Positions 20,460 to 31,825 of a stretch of 64,000 nt of DNA are shown piece by piece. The position numbers and the translations under genes were made by a program. The stretch is from the NCBI GenBank assembly GCA_963793425.1, contig CAWCAG010000007.1:64001-128000 (forward strand), given 5' to 3'. This DNA is from an uncultured cyanobacterium (GTDB lineage: Bacteria; Cyanobacteriota; Cyanobacteriia; Cyanobacteriales; CAWCAG01). Under the pieces are notes generated by a model that saw only the letters and a list, made by a program, of their open reading frames with translations, was not told where the DNA came from and ran no database searches. Each line of letters begins with the position of its first letter. Position 1 is the stretch's first letter.

Positions 20460-20777
20460 ATGACCAAAACAGAAACTATCAAAGCAACGACTTCCCCTGT
20501 TGTTACCCCGGAAAAAACTAGTCAAACTACCCGCAAGCCTTATCCTAACTATAAGGTGATTGTCTTGGATGATGACTTTAATACCTTTCAGCACGTTTCT
20601 GAATGTCTGATGAAATACATTCCTAATATGACCAGCGATCGCGCTTGGGAATTAACCAACCAAATTCATTTTGATGGGCAAGCGATTGTCTGGATCGGAC
20701 CCCAAGAACCCGCAGAATTATATCATCAACAACTAAGCCGTGCCGGTTTAACCATGGCTCCTTTGGAGGAAGCTTAA
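20460..20777 (+). CDS. clpS: ATP-dependent Clp protease adaptor ClpS
   Basis: YPNYKVIVLDDDFNTFQHV and AELYHQQL...GLTMAPLE. Confidence 0.92.
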   Translation: MTKTETIKATTSPVVTPEKTSQTTRKPYPNYKVIVLDDDFNTFQHVSECLMKYIPNMTSDRAWELTNQIHFDGQAIVWIGPQEPAELYHQQLSRAGLTMAPLEEA

Positions 20778-20782
20778 AAATT

Positions 20783-21073
20783 ATGGCTCAGAACTCTAGC
20801 GGGAGGTTAGTTTGGAATCATTCTACCCATATATCTGGTTTAATTCCTATTTTAGAAAGATTGATTAAATGTGAAGGTATTCGCACTGTAACCCCTGCTG
20901 TTCTCAGCCGTTCAAAAGGCCATTGTCCTAAGATGAAGTTGAAGGTTTCTGTACCTATTCGCGGTGGTTATAAGGCGATCGCCCGCAAAGGAAAATCTGT
21001 TCAAGAAGTGTTTATTCTTACTGAGTTGGATAAGCCAGGTTTAGAAGCAGCTATCAAAAAAGCCATAAAGTAG
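20783..21073 (+). CDS. DUF2103 family protein
   Basis: GRLVWNHSTHISGL and ARKGKSVQEVF; commonly adjacent to clpS in cyanobacteria. Confidence 0.8.
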   Translation: MAQNSSGRLVWNHSTHISGLIPILERLIKCEGIRTVTPAVLSRSKGHCPKMKLKVSVPIRGGYKAIARKGKSVQEVFILTELDKPGLEAAIKKAIK

Positions 21074-21358
21074 GATGCTAGTTGCTAGTTGTGGAAGTAG
21101 GAAATTACAGTTTATGTTAGAATGATTTCATTAGATAAAGTCAAGTCTCAACAAATTTTTTTCAGTCGGAGTGGGGTCGGGAGCTTCCTTAATATGGACA
21201 TAGGAGGTAAACATTTAGCCTGGAAAGTTTTATTTAAAATATTACCTATCTAAAAATTCAACAGTAGTTATTCAAACCGACTGAGACTATTCCTCTTGGG
21301 TGTTCGCCCTTAATTTTAGTTATGCTTGGAAAGATACCTTGCCAAGGAACTTGGAGCT

Positions 21359-21928
21359 ATGAGCGTCACTATTACTTCCTCCCTCAGCTTAGAAGAATTT
21401 CTCAAGCTTCCAGAAACTAAGCCAGCTAGGGAATATATTGATGGCAGAATTAGCCAGAAGCCAATGCCGAAAGGAAAACATAGTCGATTACAGCTTAAGC
21501 TTTGTAACAGTATCAACGACAAGACAGAAAGCCAAGGAATTGCTTATGCTTTCCCTGAATTACGTTGCACGTTTGGCACACGTTCAGTTGTACCTGATAT
21601 AGCAGTATTAAGATGGTCAAGAATCCCCTTTGATGAAGATGGTGAGGTTCCCAATGATTTTTTACTGCCTCCAGATTGGACAATAGAGATTCTTTCCCCG
21701 GAGCAAAGTTCTAATCGAGTAATTGGTAATATTCTTTATTGTTTACAACATGGCTGTCAACTTGGTTGGTTAATAGACCCCAATGACAGGTCTATTGTAG
21801 TATTTAGACCTGAACAACAACCAGAATTTTTACAAGGTGGAAGACTTCTTTCTGGATTAGAAAATATTAATCTCGAATTAACAGTAGAGGCAGTTTTCGC
21901 TTGGCTAAAGATGTCAGCAAATAGTTAG
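21359..21928 (+). CDS. Uma2 family (DUF820) putative endonuclease
   Basis: LEEFLKLPETKPAREY, FPELRCTF, VPDIAV and PDWTIEILSP. ATG at 21359 follows GGAG. Confidence 0.92.
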   Translation: MSVTITSSLSLEEFLKLPETKPAREYIDGRISQKPMPKGKHSRLQLKLCNSINDKTESQGIAYAFPELRCTFGTRSVVPDIAVLRWSRIPFDEDGEVPNDFLLPPDWTIEILSPEQSSNRVIGNILYCLQHGCQLGWLIDPNDRSIVVFRPEQQPEFLQGGRLLSGLENINLELTVEAVFAWLKMSANS

Positions 21929-21947
21929 AAATTTGTTTCAATTATAC

Positions 21948-21980
21948 AAAAATCCCCCGCTTGGTAGCGAGGGATTTTTT
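21948..21980. terminator. Bidirectional intrinsic terminator (psaB / uma2)
   Basis: AAAAATCCCCCGC-TTGGTA-GCGAGGGATTTTTT hairpin flanked by A and T tracts between convergent genes. Confidence 0.8.
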
Positions 21981-22006
21981 AATTATCAAGGCTCGGTTAG
22001 TAACCG

Positions 22007-24232
22007 TTAACCAAACTTACCTGCCGTTGAGGCAATTAAGAAGGCTGCATATGTGAGGACATAACCCACAGTGAAGTGAATTAAACCAATCAAGCGACCT
22101 TGAACAATAGACATAGCCACAGGCTTATCCTTCCAGCGAACTAGGTTAGCTAGAGGAGTACGCTCGTGGGCCCAGACTAAAGTTTCGATTAACTCTTGCC
22201 AATAACCACGCCAAGCGATAAGGAACATGAAACCTGTTGCCCAAACTAGGTGTCCGAAGAGGAACATCCAAGCCCAAACAGACAAGTTATTCATGCCGTA
22301 GGGGTTGTAACCGTTAATCAACTGGGCAGAGTTTAGCCAGAGATAATCTCGGAACCAACCCATCAAGTAAGTAGAAGACTCATTGAATTGAGCTACATTA
22401 CCTTGCCACACCCCTAGGTGTTTCCAGTGCCAGTAGAAGGTTAACCAACCCAAGGTGTTTAACATCCAGAACATAGCTAAGTAGAAGGAATCCCAAGCTG
22501 AGATATCGCAAGTACCGCCACGACCAGGACCGTCACAAGGGAAGGCAAAACCGAAGTCTTTCTTGTCTGGCATTAACTTAGAACCACGAGCATCTAATGC
22601 TCCTTTAACCAAAATTAAAGTTGTGGTATGCAAACCAAGGGCGATGGCATGGTGAACTAAGAAGTCTCCAGGACCGATGGTCAAGAATAAAGAGTTTGTA
22701 CCACTATTAATTGCATCCAACCAACCAGGTAACCAAACATTACCGTAGTTAGGCCAAGCTGTAGTAGCAATACTATCAGGGCTAGAAAGCAATACGTCCA
22801 TACCGTAGAGCATCTTACCGTGAGATGCTTGGATGAACTGAGCAAATACAGGTTCGATGAGAATTTGCTTTTCGGGAGTACCGAAAGCAACAACAACATC
22901 GTTGTGTACATACAAACCCAAGGTATGGAAACCTAAGAACAAGGACACCCAAGAAAGGTGAGAAATGATTGCTTCCTTGTGTTGCAATACGCGGTCGAGT
23001 ACATTACCTTTGTTTTGCTCTGGGTCGTAATCCCGTACTAGGAAAATCGCACCGTGGGCAAAGGCTCCTACCATAATGAAACCAGCAATGTACTGGTGAT
23101 GGGTATAAAGAGCTGCCTGGGTAGTGTAGTCCCTGGCCATAAAGGCATAGGGAGGTAGCGCGTACATATGTTGTGCTACCAAGGAAGTGATAACTCCTAA
23201 AGCTGCCAGGGCAAAGGCCAACTGGAAGTGTAGGGAGTTATTCATGGTGTCGTATAACCCTTGGTGAGGCAGGTTAAACTGACCTTCTGTTTCTTTGCCA
23301 AAGAATTTTTTGGCATTGACCATCTCTTTGATGCTGTGGCCTAAGCCCCAGTTTGTGCGGTACATATGACCAGCCACAATGAAGATAACAGCAATGGCTA
23401 AATGGTGGTGAGCCATATCTGTTAGCCAAAGAGATTCTGTTTGTGGGTGAAAACCACCCAAGAAGGTCAGAATTGCGGTACCTGCACCCTGAGAAGTTCC
23501 GAACACGTGGCTAGCTGTATCAGGGTTTTGGGCGTAAACTCCCCAGTTACCTGTGAAGAAAGGCCCTAATCCTGCGGGGTGGGGTTTGACGGAGAGGAAG
23601 TTATCCCAACCGACATGAACACCACGAGATTCAGGAATAGCTACGTGAATTAAATGTCCTGCCCAAGCTAAAGAGCTAACACCGAACAAACCAGCTAAGT
23701 GGTGATTGAGGCGGTGTTCTGCACTCTTGAACCAGGTCAAGCTAGGACGGAACTTGGGCTGCAAGTGGAGCCAGCCAGCAAATAGCATGACTGCTGACAA
23801 CAACAATAGAAATACTGACCCCATAAACAGGTCATTATTGTTGGTCATACCAATGGTATAGAACCAGTGATAAACCCCTGAGTAGGAGATATCAACTGGG
23901 TAAGATGCTCCACCTTGAGTGAAGGCATCTACCGCTGGTGCGCCGAATTGAGGGTCCCAAATCGCATGGGCGATGGGACGGACGTTGAGAGGATCTTTGA
24001 TCCACTGCTCGAAATTACCTTGCCAGGCTACGTGGAACAGGGTGCCGGAAGTCCACAGAAAGATGATGGCGATGTGACCAAAATGAGAGGCAAAAATCTT
24101 TTGATAAAGATTTTCCTCGGTCATACCATCATGGCTTTCAAAGTCGTGGGCTGTAGCAATCCCGTACCAAATCCGACGAGTAGTCGGATCTTGAGCTAAG
24201 TCCTGGCTAAATTTGGGAAATTTAGTTGCCAT
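22007..24232 (-). CDS. psaB: Photosystem I P700 apoprotein A2
   Basis: [20 protein letters not shown] start and FX motif [13 protein letters not shown]. Confidence 0.99.
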   Translation of the reverse strand: MATKFPKFSQDLAQDPTTRRIWYGIATAHDFESHDGMTEENLYQKIFASHFGHIAIIFLWTSGTLFHVAWQGNFEQWIKDPLNVRPIAHAIWDPQFGAPAVDAFTQGGASYPVDISYSGVYHWFYTIGMTNNNDLFMGSVFLLLLSAVMLFAGWLHLQPKFRPSLTWFKSAEHRLNHHLAGLFGVSSLAWAGHLIHVAIPESRGVHVGWDNFLSVKPHPAGLGPFFTGNWGVYAQNPDTASHVFGTSQGAGTAILTFLGGFHPQTESLWLTDMAHHHLAIAVIFIVAGHMYRTNWGLGHSIKEMVNAKKFFGKETEGQFNLPHQGLYDTMNNSLHFQLAFALAALGVITSLVAQHMYALPPYAFMARDYTTQAALYTHHQYIAGFIMVGAFAHGAIFLVRDYDPEQNKGNVLDRVLQHKEAIISHLSWVSLFLGFHTLGLYVHNDVVVAFGTPEKQILIEPVFAQFIQASHGKMLYGMDVLLSSPDSIATTAWPNYGNVWLPGWLDAINSGTNSLFLTIGPGDFLVHHAIALGLHTTTLILVKGALDARGSKLMPDKKDFGFAFPCDGPGRGGTCDISAWDSFYLAMFWMLNTLGWLTFYWHWKHLGVWQGNVAQFNESSTYLMGWFRDYLWLNSAQLINGYNPYGMNNLSVWAWMFLFGHLVWATGFMFLIAWRGYWQELIETLVWAHERTPLANLVRWKDKPVAMSIVQGRLIGLIHFTVGYVLTYAAFLIASTAGKFG

Positions 24233-24406
24233 AAGTCTTTGGGAAATTCTCCTCGCTTAAAAATGAGGCAAGTGCTTCTATGGCTGCTCATCTTTTGCTT
24301 TAATTACCTCCTGGAACCGATAGTCCCAGGCGGCACGAAGGTTTAAAAAATCGGCTTTTAACTTAAGTTTATTTCAACTTTAGCTCAACCGTTATCGTTT
24401 AAACAT

Positions 24407-26659
24407 TTATCCTACTGCGAGCATTCGCGCTAGGAAAAATGCCCAGGTTGTTACAATTCCTCCTAAGAGGTAGTGAGTTACTCCTACAGCCCGTCCTTGA
24501 ATAATGCTTAAAGCACGAGGCTGAATAGCAGGAGCGACTCTCAGTTTGTTATGAGCCCAAACGATAGACTCAATTAGCTCTTGCCAGTAACCACGACCAC
24601 TGAAGAGGAACATGAGGCTAAAGGCAAAGATAAAGTGACCTGCCAAGAACATAATGCCATAGGCAGATAGAGCTGAACCGTAAGAGGTGATTACCTGAGA
24701 AGCTTGCGCCCAGAGGAAATCACGTAACCAACCGTTGATGGTAATTGCACTTTGGGCAAAGTTACCATTGGTGATGTGGGATACTGTACCACCATCCACT
24801 GTTCCCCATACATCTGATTGCATTTTCCAACTAAAGTGGAAAATTACGATTGATAGGGAGTTGTACATCCAGAATAGACCAAGGAATACATGGTCCCAAC
24901 CAGATACTTGGCAAGTACCGCCACGACCAGGGCCGTCACAGGGGAAGCGGAAACCTAGGTTGCTCTTATCAGGAATTAAACGAGAATTACGAGAATACAG
25001 CAAGCCCTTTAAAAGAATCAGTACGGTGACGTGAATTGTAAAGGCATGGATATGGTGAACCATGAAGTCTGCTGTACCCAGAGTAATAGGCATCATTGCT
25101 ACTTTACCGCCGACGGCAACAATGTCTCCTCCAAAGGCGTAACTAGCTGGTTCTAAAGCACCAGGTGCAGTTCCACCAGGAGCTAAAGTGTGGATATTTT
25201 GTATCCACTGAGCGAATACTGGTTGTAATTGGATTCCCGTATCCGAGAACATATCTTGGGGGCGACCAAAAGCACGCATGGTGTCGTTGTGGACATAAAG
25301 TCCAAAACTGTGGAAGCCCAGGAATATACATACCCAGTTTAAGTGGGAAATAATTGCATCTCGGTGACGAATTACCCGGTCTAGCAAATTATTGACGTTC
25401 TTGGCTGGATCGTAGTCGCGCACCATGAAGATGGCTCCATGAGCGCCAGCACCAACAATCAAGAAGCCGCCAATCCACATATGGTGAGTAAACAACGATA
25501 TTTGAGTACCGTAGTCTGTAGCCATATAAGGATAGGGAGGCATCGCGTACATATGTTGTGCCACGATGATTGTCAAAGAACCTAGCATTGCTAAGTTAAT
25601 AGCTAGCTGAGCGTGCCAAGAAGTGGTCAGAATTTCATAAAGACCTTTATGTCCTTCACCAGTTAGAGGGCCTCTGTGGCTCTCTAGGATTTCTTTCATG
25701 CTATGGCCAATGCCCCAGTTGGTGCGGTACATATGACCAGCAATGATGAACAATACAGCAATCGCAACGTGATGGTGTGCTGTATCGGACAACCACAAGC
25801 CTCCAGTTACTGGATTTAAGCCCCCCTTGAAGGTTAAGAAGTCGGCGTATGTTCCCCAGTTCAAAGTGAAGAAGGGTTTTAGTCCTTCTGCAAAACTAGG
25901 ATACAGCTCGACCATTAAGTCCTTGTTGAGGATAAATTCATGAGGCAAGGGAATATCTGCTGGAGCAACCCCTGCATCTAGAAGTTTATTGATGGGCAGA
26001 GAAACATGAATTTGGTGTCCTGCCCAACCAAGGGAACCTAGACCTAATAACCCGGCTAGGTGGTGGTTCATCATCGACTCCACGTTCTGGAACCATTCCA
26101 GTTTAGGAGCCTTTTTATGATAGTGGAACCATCCGGCGAAGAGCATCAAACCAGCCATTACTAGTCCACCGATGGCGGTGCAGTAAAGTTGGAATTCATT
26201 GGTGATGCCAGAAGCTCGCCAGAGGTAAAATAACCCAGAAGTTATCTGGATACCGCTGAAGCCGCCACCCACATCAGCGTTCAGGATGCCTTGGCCGACG
26301 ATGGGCCAGACTACTTGAGCGCTTGGTTTAATTACGGTGGGGTCTGTTAACCAAGCTTCATAGTTGGAAAAGCGAGCGCCATGGAAATACATCCCACTTA
26401 GCCAGACAAAAATCACGGCTAAGTGACCGAAGTGGGCGCTGAAGATTTTCCGAGAAATATCTTCTAAATCACTTGTTTGTGTATCAAAATCGTGGACGTT
26501 AGCGTGAAGGTTCCAAATCCATGTAGTGGTTTGGGGACCTTTAGCCAAGGTACGGTCGAAGTGTCCTGGTTTACCCCACTTCTCAAAAGAAGTAGGAACT
26601 GGATCTTTGTCAACCGTGACCCTGACTTTCGCCTCTTTTTCTGGAGGACTGATTGTCAT
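24407..26659 (-). CDS. psaA: Photosystem I P700 apoprotein A1
   Basis: MTISPPEKE start and FX motif [13 protein letters not shown]. Confidence 0.99.
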   Translation of the reverse strand: MTISPPEKEAKVRVTVDKDPVPTSFEKWGKPGHFDRTLAKGPQTTTWIWNLHANVHDFDTQTSDLEDISRKIFSAHFGHLAVIFVWLSGMYFHGARFSNYEAWLTDPTVIKPSAQVVWPIVGQGILNADVGGGFSGIQITSGLFYLWRASGITNEFQLYCTAIGGLVMAGLMLFAGWFHYHKKAPKLEWFQNVESMMNHHLAGLLGLGSLGWAGHQIHVSLPINKLLDAGVAPADIPLPHEFILNKDLMVELYPSFAEGLKPFFTLNWGTYADFLTFKGGLNPVTGGLWLSDTAHHHVAIAVLFIIAGHMYRTNWGIGHSMKEILESHRGPLTGEGHKGLYEILTTSWHAQLAINLAMLGSLTIIVAQHMYAMPPYPYMATDYGTQISLFTHHMWIGGFLIVGAGAHGAIFMVRDYDPAKNVNNLLDRVIRHRDAIISHLNWVCIFLGFHSFGLYVHNDTMRAFGRPQDMFSDTGIQLQPVFAQWIQNIHTLAPGGTAPGALEPASYAFGGDIVAVGGKVAMMPITLGTADFMVHHIHAFTIHVTVLILLKGLLYSRNSRLIPDKSNLGFRFPCDGPGRGGTCQVSGWDHVFLGLFWMYNSLSIVIFHFSWKMQSDVWGTVDGGTVSHITNGNFAQSAITINGWLRDFLWAQASQVITSYGSALSAYGIMFLAGHFIFAFSLMFLFSGRGYWQELIESIVWAHNKLRVAPAIQPRALSIIQGRAVGVTHYLLGGIVTTWAFFLARMLAVG

Positions 26660-27054
26660 GAGGGCTCTCCTCTCTAGACAAGGGAATAGGTTTTCCCGAT
26701 AGGGCGTTTTGTATGTTGTGCCAGAAAAACTAGTTTATAAAACTGCTTTTCTAGCGTTGGTAGGATATCCGCTTAAAAATGAATAAAGGGAACACCTTAC
26801 CTTGTAGATGATAAAACCTACTTACCCTTGTTTTCCCAAGGATTAACAATATTTAAAATTAGCTCAATCTTTTGTTTAATCGCGATTATAGCCTCCATTG
26901 CTCTAGCGAGAAGTCAAGGGTTAAGGGCTTTATCGTTACAAAACACAACATTTTCTCGAAATCCCCCTCAGTTAATAGAGTCATTTTAGTTAAGTAAAAT
27001 GTTTTGTTTACAAGATGAGGGAAGATTAATATACAGACCATAGGAGGATAAGGC

Positions 27055-28338
27055 GTGTTGGGTTTCAATAGGCGAGTACAAAGCATCAGAGCGATTTTTT
27101 CTTGCTTAATGGTGTTGATATTAAGTTTCGGTTTGATTAGTTGTGATGATTCTCTCGGCAATAAGTTAGCATCAGGTACAGAAACGGCTACTGGTTCCCA
27201 AACTTCTCAAACCCGCTTGACAAGAAAGCTAACTGAGGTCGCACCGCCCCCAGTTATTCAACAGTTACGTCAAAGCTTGGAGCAATATCAACCTCAAGTG
27301 ACTATTACTAGTCCTCAACCAGAGCAAGTGCTTGAAGATACGACAGTGAGTGTGGAACTACAGGTTCAGGATTTACCTACTTTTAAAAATGACGATTTAA
27401 GTATGGGGCCTCATCTACATCTTATTTTGGATAACCAACCCTACCAAGCTGTTTATAATCCAGAAGAACCAGTAATACTGTCAGATTTAGAACCCGGAAC
27501 TCATACTTTGAGGGTATTTGCTTCTCGCCCCTGGCATGAAAGCTTTAAAAATGAGGGAGCTTATGCCCAAGCAACTTTTCATATCTTTACAAAAATCACC
27601 CGCAATCATCCTGATACAGCTTTACCTCTGTTAACTTACAGCCGTCCTAAAGGACAGTATGGGGCAGAGCCAATTATGCTCGATTTTTATCTTACTAATG
27701 CTCCTTTACATTTAGTTGCCCAAGAGAGTCCTGAAGATAATGTTGTTGATTGGCGAGTTCGAGTCACAATTAATGGGCAAAGTTTCTTTGTTGATAGTTG
27801 GTTGCCAATTTATTTGCAAGGATTTAAGCAAGGCGACAATTGGGTTGAATTAGAATTTCTTGATGAACAAGGTAATCTTATTGATAATGAGTTTAATAAT
27901 ACGGTTCGTTTGATTAATTACCAACCCAAGGGACAAGATACTCTTTCTAAGTTAGTGAGGGGAGAAATTTCTTTTACAGAAGCTCGCGGTATTGTTGAAG
28001 CAGAAGTTCCTATTGCAGAAACTGAACCTTGGGTTGAAGAGGAAGAATCGATAACAAAAGAAACTGAAGAAATTGAGGAAATCCCAGCAGAAGTTGAAAC
28101 ACCAGTAGAAGAAGAAATTCCTCTGGAAGAAGAAACTGTCGTTGAGGATAAAACCACGACTCAAGAAGCTAAAGATGTTCCGATTGAAGAAGAAACTACA
28201 ACTCAAGAAGTTGAGGAGAAAGTTGGTTTAGAGGAGCTACAAGAAGAGGCTGAAGAAGTTGTTCCAGAATATTTTGAGGAACTTGAATTAGAACCAGAAA
28301 AGATTGAGCTAGAAGAAAGTTTGGCTGAACCTTCTTGA
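27055..28338 (+). CDS. Conserved cyanobacterial lipoprotein with Glu-rich disordered tail
   Basis: Lipobox LISC, motifs GPHLHLILDN, HTLRVFASRPWHESFKN and LTYSRPKG, and a ~110 aa acidic C-terminus. Confidence 0.75.
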   Translation: MLGFNRRVQSIRAIFSCLMVLILSFGLISCDDSLGNKLASGTETATGSQTSQTRLTRKLTEVAPPPVIQQLRQSLEQYQPQVTITSPQPEQVLEDTTVSVELQVQDLPTFKNDDLSMGPHLHLILDNQPYQAVYNPEEPVILSDLEPGTHTLRVFASRPWHESFKNEGAYAQATFHIFTKITRNHPDTALPLLTYSRPKGQYGAEPIMLDFYLTNAPLHLVAQESPEDNVVDWRVRVTINGQSFFVDSWLPIYLQGFKQGDNWVELEFLDEQGNLIDNEFNNTVRLINYQPKGQDTLSKLVRGEISFTEARGIVEAEVPIAETEPWVEEEESITKETEEIEEIPAEVETPVEEEIPLEEETVVEDKTTTQEAKDVPIEEETTTQEVEEKVGLEELQEEAEEVVPEYFEELELEPEKIELEESLAEPS

Positions 28339-28575
28339 TTTTTAAGTTGATTAGGAATTGCTAAAGAGCGGCGAGTTTTTCTATTATTTACCGCTCTTAT
28401 TTTAGTTGAGAATTTATTTTTTCTTATCGCAACAATTTGCCGCCGTTTTATTGACCGAGAAAACCTGTCAAAATTAGAGGCAAAGCAATAACTAATAAAA
28501 CAATGACGAACATTGTTACAGGGTCAATGTTAATAACATAAGGTTCTTTATTCTTAGGCATTTATTTATTCTCCT

Positions 28576-29450
28576 TTAAGTTACTAAATAACGCTGTAAA
28601 AAACTCTCTAAAGATTCCATTTCTACACCGTATACCAACTGCAAATGACTAAGTTCTTCAGGAGTACAGTAAAATTCATTAGCTAAGAGGGTTCTGAAAG
28701 TTCCTAATGATTTTTGTAATTTTGGATTAATGAAGCCTAAACTGCTTCGTACCCCATCTACTAACATCAAAGGTACATTAATTATTAGTGGTTCTTGGTG
28801 AAAAACGCGGGCAAAGATGCGAGGAATATCTTCTCTTTTGAGAACATCAGGCCCCCGACCGTAAAAGTTTGGTTTTTTGCTCCTTCTAAAGTAACAGATT
28901 TAATAGCAATTTCGGCTAAGTCATCAGTACTAACAATAGAAGAACGGTTTTGGGTGTTACCTATTAATAAATAAATACCTGTATCCCGAAATTGTTCTGC
29001 TAAACGAAGGATGTTAGAAGCAAGTCCAGAAGGGCGGAGAATTGTATAGTTTAAACCGCTAGTTCTTAAGTATTTTTCTACTTCACGTTTAGCTTTAAAA
29101 GTTGGTGCATCTTCATACTCTCTATCTGCACCTAAAACAGAAATTAATACAAAATGTTCGACATTATTTTCTTTTGCACAATCAATTAATTCGATGTTGG
29201 CGCGGTAGTCTAAAGCAAAGGCATCTCCATCAGAACCGTGGGCGCTAATGACATATTTAATTCCCTCTGTAGCTTTTTTGATGTCTTTGTCATAACGTAA
29301 GTCCCCGACAAAGATTTCTGCACCGCGATTTTCTAATTCTTGATAATGAGAACTTAAGCGAACGAAACCACGTACTAGTTGTCCTTGTTCTCTTAACAAC
29401 CTAACAACTCTCTTACCAATGTCTCCGGTTGCTCCTGTTACTAAATACAT
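28576..29450 (-). CDS. NmrA/SDR family NAD(P)H-binding oxidoreductase; frameshift near 28850-28856 (probable sequence error)
   Basis: LVTGATGDIG and YTILRPSG. Adding one base in GGGGGCC restores VGGPDVLKREDIPRIF and joins the 28576..28770 fragment. Confidence 0.8.
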
Positions 29451-29613
29451 GAAATTTTCATCCCTAACTATTTTGTATATATTTAGATGCTAGCTTGAAA
29501 ATTAGTTGTTTGACATTGGTCATGAGTAATAAAAAGTTAACTCATAAAGTATTGTCTTAATGGTTCTACCGAACATAGGATGTAAGATTAGTAGTTGAAG
29601 TGCCAAGTCAAAA

Positions 29614-29706
29614 TGCTCCCTGCTCCCTGCTCCCTGCTCCCTGCTCCCTGCTCCCTGCTCCCTAAAACCAGGAATTTAGTACCTCACAAGTAAGAGAATT
29701 GCTATA
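29614..29706. repeat. (TGCTCCC)7 STRR array with adjoining repeat-element end
   Basis: Seven perfect heptamers at 29614-29662, followed by TAAAACCAGGAATTTAGTACCTCAC...GAGAATTGCTATA. Confidence 0.85.
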
Positions 29707-29771
29707 AGTATTAGGAAAAAGGGAATAGTTTATTCTTTAACTTCCCCCCATATGGTCACCTAGTTACCCTG

Positions 29772-30563
29772 TCAAATCTCAACAATAACAGGGGTATGAT
29801 CGCTAGGTTTTGGCAACTTTCTCGGTTCTAGATCAATAGTACAACTAACAGCTTGCTCATATAAATTAGGAGTAAGGTAAAGGTGATCAATACGCCAACC
29901 TCTATTACCTGAGAAAGCGCGGGTACGATAGTCCCACCAACTATAATATCCTGTTTCGGAAGTGAATTTGCGAAAGGAATCTTTTAACTCAATAGAGGTA
30001 ATCATTTCTTGCAAAGCTTCCCGTTCAGAGGGAGAAGACATAATATGTTTTTCCTTGTTTTTGGGGTCATGAATATCCCTATCTTCTAGGGCAACATTAA
30101 AATCACCACAAACACATAATTCCTCATTATTTCGCTCTTTAAGAGTTTGTAAATAATGCTGTAAGGTTTTTAACCAACGCAGTTTATAATCATATTTATC
30201 ACTGGCGATCGCAGAACCATTAGGAACATAAAGATTAACAACCCTGATATTATTAATCGTTCCAGTAATTACCCGCTTTTGTTCATCAAACTCTCCCGCC
30301 AGTTTCTCACCAATAATAGGCGTGAATCCAGAAATCACATCTTTTAAAGGGCTTTTACTAAAAATAGCAACTCCGTTGTAAGCTTTTTGTCCAGAAATAT
30401 ATAGTTGATAGCCTAAGTCTAAAAAGCCTTCTTGGGGAAAATCTTTATCAATAACCTTGGTTTCTTGTAAACAGAGAATATCAATAGGATTCTCTTTTAA
30501 CCAATCAATTACTAATTCTTGACGAGCGCGAATTGAATTAACGTTCCAACTTGCTATTTTCAT
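29772..30563 (-). CDS. xth: Exodeoxyribonuclease III
   Basis: SWNVNSIRAR, LQETK, YNGVAI, CGDFN, SWWDYR, RIDH and SDHTPV. Confidence 0.95.
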   Translation of the reverse strand: MKIASWNVNSIRARQELVIDWLKENPIDILCLQETKVIDKDFPQEGFLDLGYQLYISGQKAYNGVAIFSKSPLKDVISGFTPIIGEKLAGEFDEQKRVITGTINNIRVVNLYVPNGSAIASDKYDYKLRWLKTLQHYLQTLKERNNEELCVCGDFNVALEDRDIHDPKNKEKHIMSSPSEREALQEMITSIELKDSFRKFTSETGYYSWWDYRTRAFSGNRGWRIDHLYLTPNLYEQAVSCTIDLEPRKLPKPSDHTPVIVEI

Positions 30564-30729
30564 AAAGATTATTTTTCTTGCTTCAAAAAAGTATATACAG
30601 TTAAGTCGCTTTGGTGACTAAAAAAAAGCTAGAATAGAGTCAGGGATTGAAATGCTTTGTAAGTGCAAGCCTTACGCTCTATAGTGATCGCTAATTTCGT
30701 ACTAATTTACTCAAAAAAGCATAACTAAT

Positions 30730-31695
30730 ATGGAATGGACTCCTGTACTAATCGAGAAAAAAATTAAAATTGATTTTAAAGATAAGGAGCTTCTGCGCTT
30801 AGCCTTAATGCACCGCTCCTATGCTCAACTAATTGGCGATCCTGAAGGCAATAATCAGCGTTTGGAATTTTTAGGAGAAGCTATCTTTAGCTTAATAATT
30901 ACTGATTATTTTTATCATAATTTTGGTCATATGGAAATCAATAAACTCAAAGCTGTTCGAGAAAAGCTGACAGCCGGAGAGCGATTGACCAAATTATGGT
31001 ACAACTTAGACTTAGGAGAAGCTTATCCTTTTTTGGGTTTAAAAGAGGAAAGACATCGCTTAAGAGTTAAGCCTCAAAATCCTTTTGCAGATGCTTTAGA
31101 AGCATTAATAGGTGCAATTTCTTTAGACAGAGGTTTCTCTCAAGCCCGTAATTGGAGCGTTAAGAATTTAATTGCCCCGGTATTAGAAAAACATCTTCAA
31201 GAAGATCAAGAACGTACTGATCCACAAAAGCAGCGTAACCTGCTTAGTAATGCCCTATTAACAGCAATTGTTAGCAACTATTTGTATAATAATCTTCCTG
31301 GTGTGGAAGTAAAAAGACTGAAGGAATTATGTAAAGAAATAACGGCAAGTCGAACCATAGCTGAATATAACAGTCAACTTAAACCAGAAGACTTGAGTAT
31401 ATTAGAAGAAAAGTCAGAGAAAGTTCCTAGCAAACCTTTTAAGGCTTTATTGACAACCATTTATTTAGATTACAACGCTGCTAATACTAAGACTAGCTTT
31501 AACAGAACTAGTCAATGGTTTGTCGATAAGTTTATTGATGAAGAGGAAGTGCTACGCAAAGCAATTTTACTATTACTAAAAGATGAAAAACCACAAAAAT
31601 GGATTATTCATAATGTAATGGGTTATGCAAACAATGATTATCACCAAGGAAGAGAACGTCTTAATGAGTTGCTTGAAGAAAAAATAGAGAGCTGA
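30730..31695 (+). CDS. Ribonuclease III domain protein with two tandem RNase III-like domains and no dsRBD
   Basis: Domain 1: LALMHRSY, QRLEFLGEA, ADALEALIGAI. Degenerate domain 2: QRNLLSNALLTAIVSNYLY, PFKALLTTIYLD. Confidence 0.75.
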   Translation: MEWTPVLIEKKIKIDFKDKELLRLALMHRSYAQLIGDPEGNNQRLEFLGEAIFSLIITDYFYHNFGHMEINKLKAVREKLTAGERLTKLWYNLDLGEAYPFLGLKEERHRLRVKPQNPFADALEALIGAISLDRGFSQARNWSVKNLIAPVLEKHLQEDQERTDPQKQRNLLSNALLTAIVSNYLYNNLPGVEVKRLKELCKEITASRTIAEYNSQLKPEDLSILEEKSEKVPSKPFKALLTTIYLDYNAANTKTSFNRTSQWFVDKFIDEEEVLRKAILLLLKDEKPQKWIIHNVMGYANNDYHQGRERLNELLEEKIES

Positions 31696-31727
31696 TTTCA
31701 TTTATCATTGATCATTGTTGACGCTTC

Positions 31728-31784
31728 GCGTAGTAAATGCGACAATGCTCCGCAAACGTGTAAATGTTGTCGTATTTACTACGC
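31728..31784. repeat. Long palindrome (18-bp stem) between convergent genes
   Basis: GCGTAGTAAATGCGACAA (31728-45) pairs with TTGTCGTATTTACTACGC (31767-84), with one G-U pair. Confidence 0.75.
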
Positions 31785-31825
31785 ATTGCCGTAGGCTAGC
31801 CTTGCGCCCTGGCTACATTTATCAT

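Noticed and set aside
26886..27161. 91-aa minus-strand ORF upstream of psaA
   Set aside because: It overlaps the psaA promoter region and the start of the divergent lipoprotein gene, and has no motif.
27960..28338. GAA-rich repeats as a CRISPR or other DNA repeat array
   Set aside because: This is low-complexity Glu-rich coding sequence with no constant repeat-spacer structure. No CRISPR array or cas gene was seen in the window.
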